From the IMG/VR virus record IMGVR_UViG_3300032007_000017: a stretch of 64,000 nt of DNA; one strand, given 5' to 3'. The translations under genes were made by a program, and so were the position numbers. Under the pieces are notes generated by a model that worked only from the letters and a program-made list of their open reading frames with translations, had not been told where the DNA came from and made no database searches. This DNA comes from a virus (Duplodnaviria; Caudoviricetes). This document shows positions 11,284-21,169 of this stretch, one piece after another (position 1 is the first letter of the stretch; the number at the start of each line of letters is the position of its first letter).

Positions 11284-11373
11284 GTTCTATAATAAGCCCT
11301 ATGCCTTTTTTAGGCATAGGGCTATTTCAGTCGAACAATCTAATAATTCAGTAAGAAGGAGGCGTAACACAGT

Positions 11374-13710
11374 ATGCCTATTATTGGTTCTGAGGTACTT
11401 CAGAAGAACTATTATAGACTTAGCATATCTATGGGTGGAGGACTTACTGATAACGTCCTCGTTTCCAAAGATGGCTTATATTCTGTGTACTACATCCGCA
11501 ATGGCCAGTATATCAATGAAACTGGCCGTATACCGCAGGTAGTTGTGGATTATAGACACCCGCAAAATAGCTATCTTCTTTTGGATTACTCCCATGATCG
11601 TTCGAGCCAGAGAGAACGTATTTACTTCTATCAGGTTCAGATGATCAAGGATATCACCCCGAATAACGCCTACATTATTGCAGTCGAACATGGGTTTGAA
11701 GGTACGATTGAGGAATGGCTCGCTTCTCTCAAGGGCGATCCTGGTAAGTCTGCCTATGAAATTGCTGTCGATTGTGGATATGTCGGTACCGAAGAGGAGT
11801 GGTTAGCTTCTCTTAAGGGTGAAAAGGGAGATCCTGGTAAAAACGCTTATGAGATCGCAGTTGATCATGGCTATGAAGGTACGATTGAAGACTGGATGGC
11901 CGAGTTTGGTGATACTACAGTTATCAAACAGGATGTGGATATCCTTAAGCAGACTACTGCTGGTTTGACAACTAAAGTTACTGAACTTGACACTGCAATT
12001 GAAGAAGCAAAAGCTACAGCTACTGAAGCCAAGACTGCGGCTTCACAGGCTGTGGTAGATGCGACCGCTGCACGAGTCGCATCTGGAGAAGCAATTACCA
12101 AGGCTAATGAAGCTAAGGGAATTGCTACTACTGCTGACGAGAAAGCTACCGAAGCTGGTACAAAGGCTGATGAGGCTAAAGACATTGCTGATGGTGCTGC
12201 ATCGCTCGCAGGTGATGCTTCCGCAAAGGCTGACGAAGCAAAGTCCATGTCAGAAGAGGCAAATACTAAATCTGATACGGCTGTTATCAAGTCTGAAGAG
12301 GCCAATACAAAATCTGAGGAAGCTAATGTAAAAGCTGATGAAGCTAGCACTAAGGCTGATGAGGCTAAGAGCTCTGCAGAAGAAGCAAATACCAAATCTG
12401 ATACTGCTATTACCAAGTCTACTGAAGCCACTGAAAAGGCTGCTAGCGCTGATGCTAAAGCTGATGAAGCAGTTACTAAGTCTGAAGAGGCTAAGACTGC
12501 TTCTGAGGAAGCTGGAACTAAGGCTGATGCTGCTAAGACTACCGCTGAAGAGGCTAATGAGAAAGCCACAGAGGCTAGCACCAAAGCAGACGAGGCTGGT
12601 ACCAAGGCCGATGCGGCCAAGACTGCTGCCGATGAAGCCGGTACAAAGGCCGACGAGGCCAGTACTAAGGCAGATGAGGCAGGAACCAAGGCTGATGAAG
12701 CCAAGACTGCTTCAGAAGAAGCTAATACAAAAGCAGATGAAGCAAAGACTACTGCTACTGAAGCTGGAACTAAGGCTGATGCAGCCAAAACCGCTGCTGA
12801 TGAAGCCGGTACAAAGGCCGATGAAGCTAGCACCAAAGCAGATGAAGCTAAGACTGCTTCTGAAGAAGCTGGAACTAAAGCTGATGCTGCTAAAACTGCT
12901 GCCGAAGAGGCTAGCACGAAAGCCGATGAAGCTACTCAGAAAGCAGAAGATGCTGCTTCTGAGATTAGTAAGATCGAAAAGATCATCGATACTACTGAGA
13001 AAGATCCTATCGTGATCCAGCCTGATATCGTTCCTTCGATTACCAATGCTGGAGAATTTGAGGTAGGAACTCAGTTTACTCCTGAATTCTCTAACCTGTT
13101 TGCTCCTGGGAATTATGAGTATGGTCCTGATCCTACTGGTGTTGTTGCTACTAGCATTTTGGTTACTGATACAGAGGGTAATACTTCTGATCAGATGGAA
13201 GGCACTATGCCTGCATTCACTATCACTGAAGATTCTAATTATCGCATTAGCGTTGATTGTAATCATAGTGCTGGTGAAGCTCCTCTGACAAATCTTGGTA
13301 ATCCTCGTCCTGCTCTTGCTATCGAGGAGAGCCATGTCACTAATATCACTGAAGATAGACTGGTTACTGGCGCTAGATATACTTTTGCTGGTGCAGTCAA
13401 TGAAAAGATTGCGATTGAGAATATAGATTCCGATTATATTCGCAGTCTTACTGGTTTTAGTGATACTAATATCGATAATATTAGACTTTCTGTCCCTGTT
13501 AATGCTCTTAGATTCATCTTCGCTACGCCGAATGATTCTATCACGAGAATCTGGGATGAGAATGCTAATATGGATATCACAAAAGCATTTAAGAAGTATA
13601 CTATATCCGTTGCTGGTGCTAATGGTTACGAAGCAATTGACTATTCTGTATATGTCATTAACTTTGCTGAGCCTAACGACACAGCCAATGTATATAATAT
13701 CACGCTGTAA
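11374..13710 (+). CDS. Fibre-like virion protein: GKSAYEIAV repeats, long Ala-rich heptad coiled coil, beta-rich C-terminus
   Basis: 3x AYEIAV..G..GT.EEWLASLKG; many 7-aa repeats (EAGTKAD); late promoter 11334-11345. Confidence 0.7.
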   Translation: MPIIGSEVLQKNYYRLSISMGGGLTDNVLVSKDGLYSVYYIRNGQYINETGRIPQVVVDYRHPQNSYLLLDYSHDRSSQRERIYFYQVQMIKDITPNNAYIIAVEHGFEGTIEEWLASLKGDPGKSAYEIAVDCGYVGTEEEWLASLKGEKGDPGKNAYEIAVDHGYEGTIEDWMAEFGDTTVIKQDVDILKQTTAGLTTKVTELDTAIEEAKATATEAKTAASQAVVDATAARVASGEAITKANEAKGIATTADEKATEAGTKADEAKDIADGAASLAGDASAKADEAKSMSEEANTKSDTAVIKSEEANTKSEEANVKADEASTKADEAKSSAEEANTKSDTAITKSTEATEKAASADAKADEAVTKSEEAKTASEEAGTKADAAKTTAEEANEKATEASTKADEAGTKADAAKTAADEAGTKADEASTKADEAGTKADEAKTASEEANTKADEAKTTATEAGTKADAAKTAADEAGTKADEASTKADEAKTASEEAGTKADAAKTAAEEASTKADEATQKAEDAASEISKIEKIIDTTEKDPIVIQPDIVPSITNAGEFEVGTQFTPEFSNLFAPGNYEYGPDPTGVVATSILVTDTEGNTSDQMEGTMPAFTITEDSNYRISVDCNHSAGEAPLTNLGNPRPALAIEESHVTNITEDRLVTGARYTFAGAVNEKIAIENIDSDYIRSLTGFSDTNIDNIRLSVPVNALRFIFATPNDSITRIWDENANMDITKAFKKYTISVAGANGYEAIDYSVYVINFAEPNDTANVYNITL
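12000..12965 (+). repeat. Degenerate 21-nt (heptad) coding tandem repeat
   Basis: Repeating E-A-x-T-K-A-D units. Confidence 0.85.
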
Positions 13711-13723
13711 GGAGGGTTAAACG

Positions 13724-14566
13724 ATGGGTTTAGAAGATCGTCGTATTCCTATTACAAACTTGCTGAATCTGTCGGTTTCTTTTAACCGTACTTCAGCATT
13801 TCCGATTGATGCGAGATCTTTCTTCTCCAGTCTTGCTGATGCTAAAGCTGCAGCAAGTACTGCTAAAGAAGTAGGGTCTGATGAATCAGTCTATTACTAT
13901 GGTATGCCGATTACTGTTTTCTCTGAGGGCGTTGCCTCGATGTATATCATTCAGGGCGATGGTTCTCTGAGACTCTGTGGTACATCGGTACTTCCTGATG
14001 GAAAGTCTCTTGAGTTCAAGACTGATGGGGAAACCCTTCAGATGAAGAACTTCGGTAAAGAGTATTATGCTTTCCATGATAAGGATACCATTATCGAAGG
14101 AGAAGACTGGGTTTATCCTACCGATATGCCTGTCATCTCCGATGAAATTGAAGATGGTACTTATTGCCATGCTCATAATGGATCTATTATGAGTTGGTGT
14201 GTACTTGAAAATCGTATATGGGTTCTTGCCCCTAGAGACGGTCATCCTACTCCTTGGTATGAACTTACTGAGGGTTGGAAGGCTGGCCTTGAGCCTAAGG
14301 TTACAAGTAATGAAGGCGGCGAATTTGTCATTGCATGGTATGAGCCGTCTAGTACCACTATAGAAGGACTCTCAAGCATAGTTGAGGGCCTCTCAGGAGA
14401 AGTAAGTGCTCTCAGTGAACGTGTAGCGTCCGTTGAGCAGAAGACTTTGACTCCTGATAACAGCACTATCTTTAAGACGAACACGAATGTGATTTACGTC
14501 AACGAGATTGAAACGTCTAAAGTTAAGGGTCTTAATGATACTTTAAGCTGGAAAGACTATATGTAA
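13724..14566 (+). CDS. Putative fibre/decoration protein
   Basis: FNRTSAFPIDARSFF start, short coiled coil, C-terminal LSWKDYM; structural cluster. Confidence 0.6.
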   Translation: MGLEDRRIPITNLLNLSVSFNRTSAFPIDARSFFSSLADAKAAASTAKEVGSDESVYYYGMPITVFSEGVASMYIIQGDGSLRLCGTSVLPDGKSLEFKTDGETLQMKNFGKEYYAFHDKDTIIEGEDWVYPTDMPVISDEIEDGTYCHAHNGSIMSWCVLENRIWVLAPRDGHPTPWYELTEGWKAGLEPKVTSNEGGEFVIAWYEPSSTTIEGLSSIVEGLSGEVSALSERVASVEQKTLTPDNSTIFKTNTNVIYVNEIETSKVKGLNDTLSWKDYM

Positions 14567-14702
14567 TCTATAGAGTCCTATACAGATAGTGATATTCTGT
14601 ATAGGACTTTTTAGAAAAAAAGGTCGGATTTGTATTTCAACAATATAATAATCCGATCAAGTAATTCGGAGTCCAAGAATAATTATAAGGAGGAATATAC
14701 CT

Positions 14703-16004
14703 ATGCTTTCTTGGCACATTGTAACTGCTGCTACTTATTATGCTGCAGGCACCTATGACGAGAACAAGCTGTACTTCCTGAGCGACACTGGCGAGATCTA
14801 CAAGGGCGCTCTGCCGTTTAGTGAGGCAATTGCTTTCGTCGATGATACCGCTTCGGGTGCTACTTTCGATACCGAGCTTGGTAAGATCACCAACCCGGCC
14901 CGTCGTAAGCTGTACGTCTCCAAGGCGACCCTGGCTGCTAAGACCTATGATGGTACTGCTTGGCAGTGGGTCATCCATCCTGTCGTCGCTACTCTCGACG
15001 ATACCAACACCACCGATCCCGTTTCCGGTAAGGCTGTTGCTGACTACGTCGCTGACGTTATCGGCGATTCCGAGACCTTCTTCCATGCTGTTGCCTATGA
15101 TTCCACCTCGAAGGTTCTGTCCTTCACTGGTGGTGAGGACGGCAAGAAGCAGGTCACTCTGAATGGTCTGGCTTGCCAGATCACCTATGATGATACTACG
15201 GGCAAGCTTGCCATCAAGGACAAGGCTGGCACTGAGCTCTCTTCCATCAACCTCGACCTCGAGCGTTTTGTGAAGAGTGGTACGTATAATGCCACGACCC
15301 GTAAGATCACGCTGTACTTCGATGATGCGAAGACCGACTACGTCGATATCGATGTTGCCGACCTGATCAGCATCATTAGCGCTACCGATACCGATAGCGT
15401 TGACCTGACTGCTACCAACACCCAGCAGGGCACTGTCCTGAAGGCTGATGTCAAGCTGGCCGCTGGTGCTGGTCATACTGATAACCTGATCAAGGTTATT
15501 GCTGGCGAGGGTCTGTATGTTGCTCCGACCGATCTGAGCGACTACATGCAGCTGGTCGATAATGCTACCAATGGTGACATTCTGACGGTTAACGCCAGTG
15601 GTCAGGCTGTTGATAGCGGCAAGAAGATCGGCGGCGGCACGATCAGCGTTGATCATGACGCTAACACCCTGGCTACCGAGGCTGCTGTTGAGGCCATTCG
15701 TGCTGCTCTGCAGACCAACATCGATGGCAAGATCGCTAAGGTTGCTGGCGCTACCGCTGGTAATCTCCCGACCCTGACCAACGATGGTCAGCTCTCCGAC
15801 AGTGGTAAGGCTATCGGTGGTGCCACTCTGGCTGATACGCCGACTGCCAATACCCTGGCTACTGAGGCTGCTGTCAAGAAGTATGCTGACGACCTCAAGA
15901 CCAACTCCATCGTTCAGGATGTCGCTGCGAATGCTTCTGAGACCACTAAGGTTGCTAGCGTTAAGGCTATCGCCGATGCTCTCAGCTGGCAGACCACGAT
16001 GTAA
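14703..16004 (+). CDS. Abundant virion fibre/decoration-type protein
   Basis: Strong C-ending codon bias, duplicated ANTLATEAAV module, late promoter 14639-14650, terminator at about 16032-16062. Confidence 0.65.
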   Translation: MLSWHIVTAATYYAAGTYDENKLYFLSDTGEIYKGALPFSEAIAFVDDTASGATFDTELGKITNPARRKLYVSKATLAAKTYDGTAWQWVIHPVVATLDDTNTTDPVSGKAVADYVADVIGDSETFFHAVAYDSTSKVLSFTGGEDGKKQVTLNGLACQITYDDTTGKLAIKDKAGTELSSINLDLERFVKSGTYNATTRKITLYFDDAKTDYVDIDVADLISIISATDTDSVDLTATNTQQGTVLKADVKLAAGAGHTDNLIKVIAGEGLYVAPTDLSDYMQLVDNATNGDILTVNASGQAVDSGKKIGGGTISVDHDANTLATEAAVEAIRAALQTNIDGKIAKVAGATAGNLPTLTNDGQLSDSGKAIGGATLADTPTANTLATEAAVKKYADDLKTNSIVQDVAANASETTKVASVKAIADALSWQTTM

Positions 16005-16107
16005 TTCACTTACATCAAAAGTCAAACTTATCGAGAGGGACTTCGGTCCCTCTCGGTTTTTATTGTATAAAAAACAATAAAATAATTTATAGTATAGGGA
16101 GGATATT

Positions 16108-16293
16108 TTGATGATCATTGAAGTTCCTTATATGCCTGGTGAATCCAGGTTTTATTCTGATAAGGGAGTTAAGATCCAAAACAAAAAGACTGGTGAGATC
16201 TCTGATGAGATTATCTCCGATGAAAAGCTCGATCCTGCAGATTTTGTTGAATTGGATACTGCTGTTGACACTGATACTCCTATTGAGGAATAA
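16108..16293 (+). CDS. Small acidic hypothetical protein
   Basis: GGGAGG RBS, 61 aa. Confidence 0.6.
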   Translation: MMIIEVPYMPGESRFYSDKGVKIQNKKTGEISDEIISDEKLDPADFVELDTAVDTDTPIEE

Positions 16294-16347
16294 TTACACT
16301 AAATCAATTCACATCTTATTAATATCCTAAATAAGGAGTGTATTATT

Positions 16348-16917
16348 ATGCCGTTTTTCTTTAAGTTTAGAGACTGCTTAGAGTCTGAACTCGATTCTCA
16401 GTCTTTTATTTCCGGTACCTTCATTGTCACCAGAGATGCTGGTAATTTATATTGCGATACATTAGCTGGTGATCGTTTACCTCTTGGACAGGTTGTTCAT
16501 GTTGTTACTGGCTCTATTAGTAGCATTCTTTATCCTGAAAGTGGTCACTTCTATTATAGTACCACTGATAAGAATGTGTGCTTCTATTCTGATGGTACCT
16601 TCCAGCCGATCAATATGACCGTTGGCTATATTGATTATAAGAATATTCGTGTACCGGCTGCTGGAAGTGCTAGTGTTGCTATCAATACTGGCTATTCTGG
16701 AAGAATCATGTCTGTTGCTACTCTGAAGCTCGATACCGATATCTCGATCTATGATCTGGATGCAACACAATTTGTCGGAGCTGGTAAAGTTAGAGCTAAC
16801 GCTGCTGTCAACACCAATGGAAGCTGGTCGATTCCTCTCGTCAACGAGAATACCAATTATGATTGGCTTGGTGGAATTACCGCTGTTATCGTTCAGAGAA
16901 CTGCACTGCCGTCGTAA
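16348..16917 (+). CDS. Putative virion/fibre-associated protein
   Basis: GTFIVTRDAGNLYCD knob-like motif; AAGGAG RBS. Confidence 0.6.
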   Translation: MPFFFKFRDCLESELDSQSFISGTFIVTRDAGNLYCDTLAGDRLPLGQVVHVVTGSISSILYPESGHFYYSTTDKNVCFYSDGTFQPINMTVGYIDYKNIRVPAAGSASVAINTGYSGRIMSVATLKLDTDISIYDLDATQFVGAGKVRANAAVNTNGSWSIPLVNENTNYDWLGGITAVIVQRTALPS

Positions 16918-16929
16918 AGGGTGATATAA

Positions 16930-17658
16930 ATGGCTGAAAGACTTCCCAGTTTCGTTAAACGAGATGGTGAGTCCATCATATTCAATGAAGATGGAGAATT
17001 TATCTTCTATGTATATGATGAATTCTTTCAAAAAGAATATGCACAAGTTAAAGGAGATCTAGTTAATCTAATTGGTATCCTTGACTATGCTGTTTTCGAT
17101 AAGAATGGTAAGAATAGTGGATTGAAGAGATTTTATTTCCCTTCTGTCTTTCTTACTAGACCTTATTCCATGGAAAAGATGAAAAACGTGAAGCTCACGA
17201 AAACTCAAGAGCCTCGCGACTATAGACTTCTTAGATATAAGAAAGGTGATGCTATCATTGTCACTACAAAAGTTCCTCAAGAACTTCGTAGTGTGGAGGA
17301 CTTTTATAAAGTCTTCTTATATGGTAAGCTTCCCACCACAATTCCTTATGGAAAACTTCAAGATTACTTCCCTAAGAATATTGCCTTAAATGGCGGTAAC
17401 TATGGAGTTAATCTTCAAGTATTCGGAATGGTTATAAGTGAAACATGTAGAGATCCTAATGACTTAAATAAGCCCTTTAGGATGACAAACTTTACAGATG
17501 AGACAGCTTATAAACCTATTTCGATTATTGATGTACCCAAATACATCTCTCCGCATCAATCTCTTACTTCCCAAAACTGGGATAGTGCTATTGTTGGTGC
17601 TATTATGCATCCGACTGATGTTGATTCTCCTTTGGAGAAGCTTGTTATGGGTCAATAA
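16930..17658 (+). CDS. Probable RNA polymerase beta' extreme C-terminal fragment (virion RNAP small subunit)
   Basis: ISIIDVPKYISPHQSLTSQNWDSAIVGAI...SPLEKLVMG aligns by eye with beta' LLGITKASL..SFISAASFQET..VL..AA...LKENVI.G and with the C-terminus of 326..2803. Confidence 0.6.
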   Translation: MAERLPSFVKRDGESIIFNEDGEFIFYVYDEFFQKEYAQVKGDLVNLIGILDYAVFDKNGKNSGLKRFYFPSVFLTRPYSMEKMKNVKLTKTQEPRDYRLLRYKKGDAIIVTTKVPQELRSVEDFYKVFLYGKLPTTIPYGKLQDYFPKNIALNGGNYGVNLQVFGMVISETCRDPNDLNKPFRMTNFTDETAYKPISIIDVPKYISPHQSLTSQNWDSAIVGAIMHPTDVDSPLEKLVMGQ

Positions 17659-17685
17659 GAAAAAATAAAGCCATCAACAAATTGA

Positions 17686-17826
17686 TAAAGGACCAGCCAG
17701 TCCTGGTCCTTTATCTTTATTCATAAGCTTGTCGACTTAAGCTCATGAATGATCCGATCGTCTAAACAAACCGGGATAGCTAAACGATCAGGAAGACGGG
17801 TAGCAGAAATGCTACCCGTCGTTCTA
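17686..17826 (+). ncRNA. Candidate multi-hairpin late small RNA
   Basis: AACA-N6-TA at 17676-17687, four consecutive hairpins, no ORF, ends in GACGGGTAGCA-GAAA-TGCTACCCGTC. Confidence 0.4.
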
Positions 17827-17849
17827 TCTATGCCTCATTGCTGAAGTTT

Positions 17850-17861
17850 AACATAGCAGTA
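17850..17861 (+). promoter_or_regulatory. Late promoter AACA-N6-TA upstream of tail sheath (representative of at least 16 copies)
   Basis: Same motif at equivalent positions upstream of many late genes; matches AR9 late consensus. Confidence 0.75.
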
Positions 17862-17929
17862 AAGCACAAATACCACATTAAGTATGTCATTTTTGTGGCT
17901 TAAAATTTGTTATAAAGGAGGAAACTTCC

Positions 17930-19810
17930 ATGATTCCTGGTACTTTCTTTGAATGGGATGACCAGAGTGAGATCATTAATCTTGATATTGTTCAAGTGAG
18001 AACAATGCCATTATTTGCTCAGGTCTTCACATCTGATAAGGGAGAGGAAGGATGGACTAAGCTTAGTGGCCAGGATTGGTTTGATATGTACGCTGTCAAC
18101 AACACTGTTGACTTCTCGCGTCATGGACAGCCTCTCCTTCAGACGGCTATGGCCGTTAATGCTGGTGCTGAGATCCTTAGCAAGCGTGTTGTTGCTGATG
18201 ATGCGGCACTGGCTAATATTGCGGTTATTGCCCAGGTCGTTCCTGGTTCTACTTCTACGTCTCCGGCTACAATCTCTTATACTCTTAAATCTGCTTCTGG
18301 ATGCAAGACTCAGGCTGAGATTATCTCTGCCATTAGTGCTGCAGTAAAAGCAGATAATGATGCAGAAGAGGCTGCAGCCGAAGAAGCTGGAAGAGAGCCC
18401 AATCTGTTCTATCCTCTGTGGATTTTCTTCGATAATGGTCGTGGTGAGTCGAAGAAGCGTATTCGCATTTCTCCGAACTACAACCTGTCGAAGAACTATA
18501 CGAATTTCTTCATGTATGATCTTGACGTGCTTGAGAGCAATTCTGAGTTTGATACTCTGCATTTCTGCCTCAATTCCGACATGATCAATAATGGCGAGAA
18601 CATCTCGCTTCAGTATGTTGTCCATACTCAGTCTAATCAGATCGATGCCTACCAGTATAGCGAAGATATCCGTAGCTTTATGGATGCTGTTATAGCTAAA
18701 CTTCCCGAAGGCACTGAGAATCCTGAGGGACTCGATCTTATCTTTGCACATGATAAGAAGGGTCGTTCAATTAGTACTGTCGTTGTCAGTGATACCGATG
18801 TTGATCTTTCGATCAATTCTGGTACTCTGCTGATGAATGGTTCTAACGGCTCCTTTGGCGATTCGCCTATCACTGCAGAGAACTATGGTCTTATGCTTGC
18901 TAAGGCTTTTGCTGGTTATGTGCCGCAGGGTCAGCGTAGCTTTAAGATTCTGACAGCTAAAGATGGTTGCTATGATCCCATTATTTACAATGTCGATCGC
19001 TACTATATCGATGCTGTTATGGATGCAAACTATCCCGATGTGGTTAAGCGTGCTATCGAGCAGCTTGTTACCTATCGTGAGGATTGCTTCTACTTCCGCG
19101 ATATGGGTACCGATAAGAACACGATTGATCTGATTCTGTCTGCTAATGACGATATGATGAAGACCAAGTTCGCTGGTACTTATTGCACGTACTATGATGT
19201 CATCAACCCGTACTCTCGTAAGCAGATCACTGTTACGATGATGTACTCGATGGCTCAGCTGGTTGTCCAGCAGTTCAACAATGGTCGTAACCTGCCGATG
19301 GCTGGTATCAAGTATGGTTTTACCATTACTGATGCTATCGAAGGCACTGTTGGCTTTACGCCGACTATCTGCCCGGGCCTCAATCAGAAAGAAGATCTGC
19401 TTGATGCTCGTATCAACTATGCGACCTATATTGACAATGCACTTGTTATTGAGTCTCTGTATACCTCTCAGGAGAAGTACAGCCAGCTCAGTTTCATGAA
19501 CAATGTCATTGCTACTCAGGAAGTTATTAAGGAGATCCGTCGTAGATGCCCGGCTCTGCGTTATAGCTTCATTGATGGCGATGATCTTGAGAAGTATCGT
19601 GCGGATGTTGAAGAGGTAATTGCTCCCTTTGTGTCTAACTTCAAGAGTCTGACACTCGAGTATAAGCAGGATCCTTATTACACTCGCAATAAGATCTTCT
19701 ATGCAGTGCTTGCTGTTCGGTATCGTGACTTTGTCCAGACCGAATACTTCAAGATTACTGCCCTTAGCAGCGATACTAGTGTTGATACCACTAGCAGCGC
19801 TACTGTCTAA
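17930..19810 (+). CDS. Tail sheath protein
   Basis: 626 aa starting MIPGTFFEWDDQS; sheath-like C-terminus (RINY...SLYTSQ...LSFMNN); own late promoter; followed by tube-sized gene. Confidence 0.8.
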   Translation: MIPGTFFEWDDQSEIINLDIVQVRTMPLFAQVFTSDKGEEGWTKLSGQDWFDMYAVNNTVDFSRHGQPLLQTAMAVNAGAEILSKRVVADDAALANIAVIAQVVPGSTSTSPATISYTLKSASGCKTQAEIISAISAAVKADNDAEEAAAEEAGREPNLFYPLWIFFDNGRGESKKRIRISPNYNLSKNYTNFFMYDLDVLESNSEFDTLHFCLNSDMINNGENISLQYVVHTQSNQIDAYQYSEDIRSFMDAVIAKLPEGTENPEGLDLIFAHDKKGRSISTVVVSDTDVDLSINSGTLLMNGSNGSFGDSPITAENYGLMLAKAFAGYVPQGQRSFKILTAKDGCYDPIIYNVDRYYIDAVMDANYPDVVKRAIEQLVTYREDCFYFRDMGTDKNTIDLILSANDDMMKTKFAGTYCTYYDVINPYSRKQITVTMMYSMAQLVVQQFNNGRNLPMAGIKYGFTITDAIEGTVGFTPTICPGLNQKEDLLDARINYATYIDNALVIESLYTSQEKYSQLSFMNNVIATQEVIKEIRRRCPALRYSFIDGDDLEKYRADVEEVIAPFVSNFKSLTLEYKQDPYYTRNKIFYAVLAVRYRDFVQTEYFKITALSSDTSVDTTSSATV

Positions 19811-19833
19811 TCTGTAGAAAGGAGTATATAGAT

Positions 19834-20733
19834 ATGGGACAGTATTACATGTTTAATGACCTGAAGTCCGCTCGTGATATTACCAAGTACACGTTATTCC
19901 GTGGTACTACCGACTGGACTCAGCTTGAACAGTTCGATATGTATGAGTCTGGCTATAACTATCTCGTCATGATCAGCATGCCTAAGTTCATTCGTGATAT
20001 GGCTGAGCAGGATCCTGAGGTTGATAAGCTGGCTAAGGCTTATAAGCATATTATTGAACGTGACTTCCTTGGTTTCGACAGTGGTCTCGACAATATCAGT
20101 GTTGAAACTCAGGAGATCTCCAATAACGTTCAGTCTGTCAACGTTATCACGAAGGTTAATGCACCTAGTGCTACCACCTTCTCTATGACACTGCGTGAGC
20201 GTAGTGGAACCCCGATTACGAGAATGCATGAGCTTTATCTGCGTTGTCTGAAGGATCCTGGAACTGAGTTTAAGACTTACAATGGTCTGATTCAGCTTCC
20301 TGGTATTACCACAGACAAGGAAGGATTCTATATCGATCCGAAGGATGCTGGATTCCATAAGGAATGCTTCTCCTTCCTCTATATGGCAACTGATAATACC
20401 GGTCTGCTTCTTGAGCGTGCTGTGTATTATGTTTGCTGCCAGCCTCAGAGTGCTAACCTTGAGATCTACAATGGTCAGCATGGTACTCCTGAATTCCAGC
20501 AGGTTTCCTGCGAGTTCAGTGGTCTGCCTCTGATGAGCGATAGGATCAATGAACAGGCTAAGCGTATCCTTAACTGGATGAACAACAAGGCCAATGAGAA
20601 TATGGTTCAGCGTAATAGCTGGAACTTCGATTATGAGCAGGTTGCTGGACGCAGAATTGATGGAAACAGAATGGATGATTCTGCCGCACGTGATCATGGT
20701 CTGCTTCAATCCAGTCTTATTGGCAATCAGTAA
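19834..20733 (+). CDS. Tail tube protein (putative)
   Basis: 299 aa directly after sheath, high-expression codons; bidirectional terminator 20739-20771. Confidence 0.7.
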   Translation: MGQYYMFNDLKSARDITKYTLFRGTTDWTQLEQFDMYESGYNYLVMISMPKFIRDMAEQDPEVDKLAKAYKHIIERDFLGFDSGLDNISVETQEISNNVQSVNVITKVNAPSATTFSMTLRERSGTPITRMHELYLRCLKDPGTEFKTYNGLIQLPGITTDKEGFYIDPKDAGFHKECFSFLYMATDNTGLLLERAVYYVCCQPQSANLEIYNGQHGTPEFQQVSCEFSGLPLMSDRINEQAKRILNWMNNKANENMVQRNSWNFDYEQVAGRRIDGNRMDDSAARDHGLLQSSLIGNQ

Positions 20734-20769
20734 TAACCAAAAGAGAGTCCCATTTTGGGACTCTCTTTT

Positions 20770-21108
20770 TTATTGGTTTTTAGAAACCCATACTCGTATT
20801 CCTGATAGAATCTTTTCGAAATCTTCATCGGACATATTGTATATCTGATCTCTTGTATATGTGAGTCTTCTATCTGGACTATGCAAGATATGCATACTAT
20901 CCTGATTCCAATTGGATGAATACAAAATTAATAAACGTTGTTTATATCTTGTACGCAGATCTTCAGCATTTTCCATTTTAATCTCTCTTTCTATTGCATC
21001 ATAATCAATGTCTTTATTAGTTTCTTTTATGCATTTATCTACATATTCTAAAATAGATTCTGGGGTAGTAAGATATTTATCATAATAATTATCTGGTATT
21101 ATTCCCAT
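20770..21108 (-). CDS. Hypothetical protein
   Basis: 112 aa, AAGGATG RBS. Confidence 0.7.
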   Translation of the reverse strand: MGIIPDNYYDKYLTTPESILEYVDKCIKETNKDIDYDAIEREIKMENAEDLRTRYKQRLLILYSSNWNQDSMHILHSPDRRLTYTRDQIYNMSDEDFEKILSGIRVWVSKNQ

Positions 21109-21169
21109 TTTATCACATCCTTTTTAATATAATGTATCCGAGGGTATCAAAAGATACCCTCGGTTTTTA

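Noticed and set aside
11871-13015. Long alternative-frame ORFs over the heptad repeat
   Set aside because: Shadows of the low-complexity repeat in 11374..13710; no RBS.
14637-16118. 493-aa antisense ORF (also 527..1534, 9315..10247, 19894..20709, 47817..48623)
   Set aside because: Antisense shadows of codon-biased real genes.
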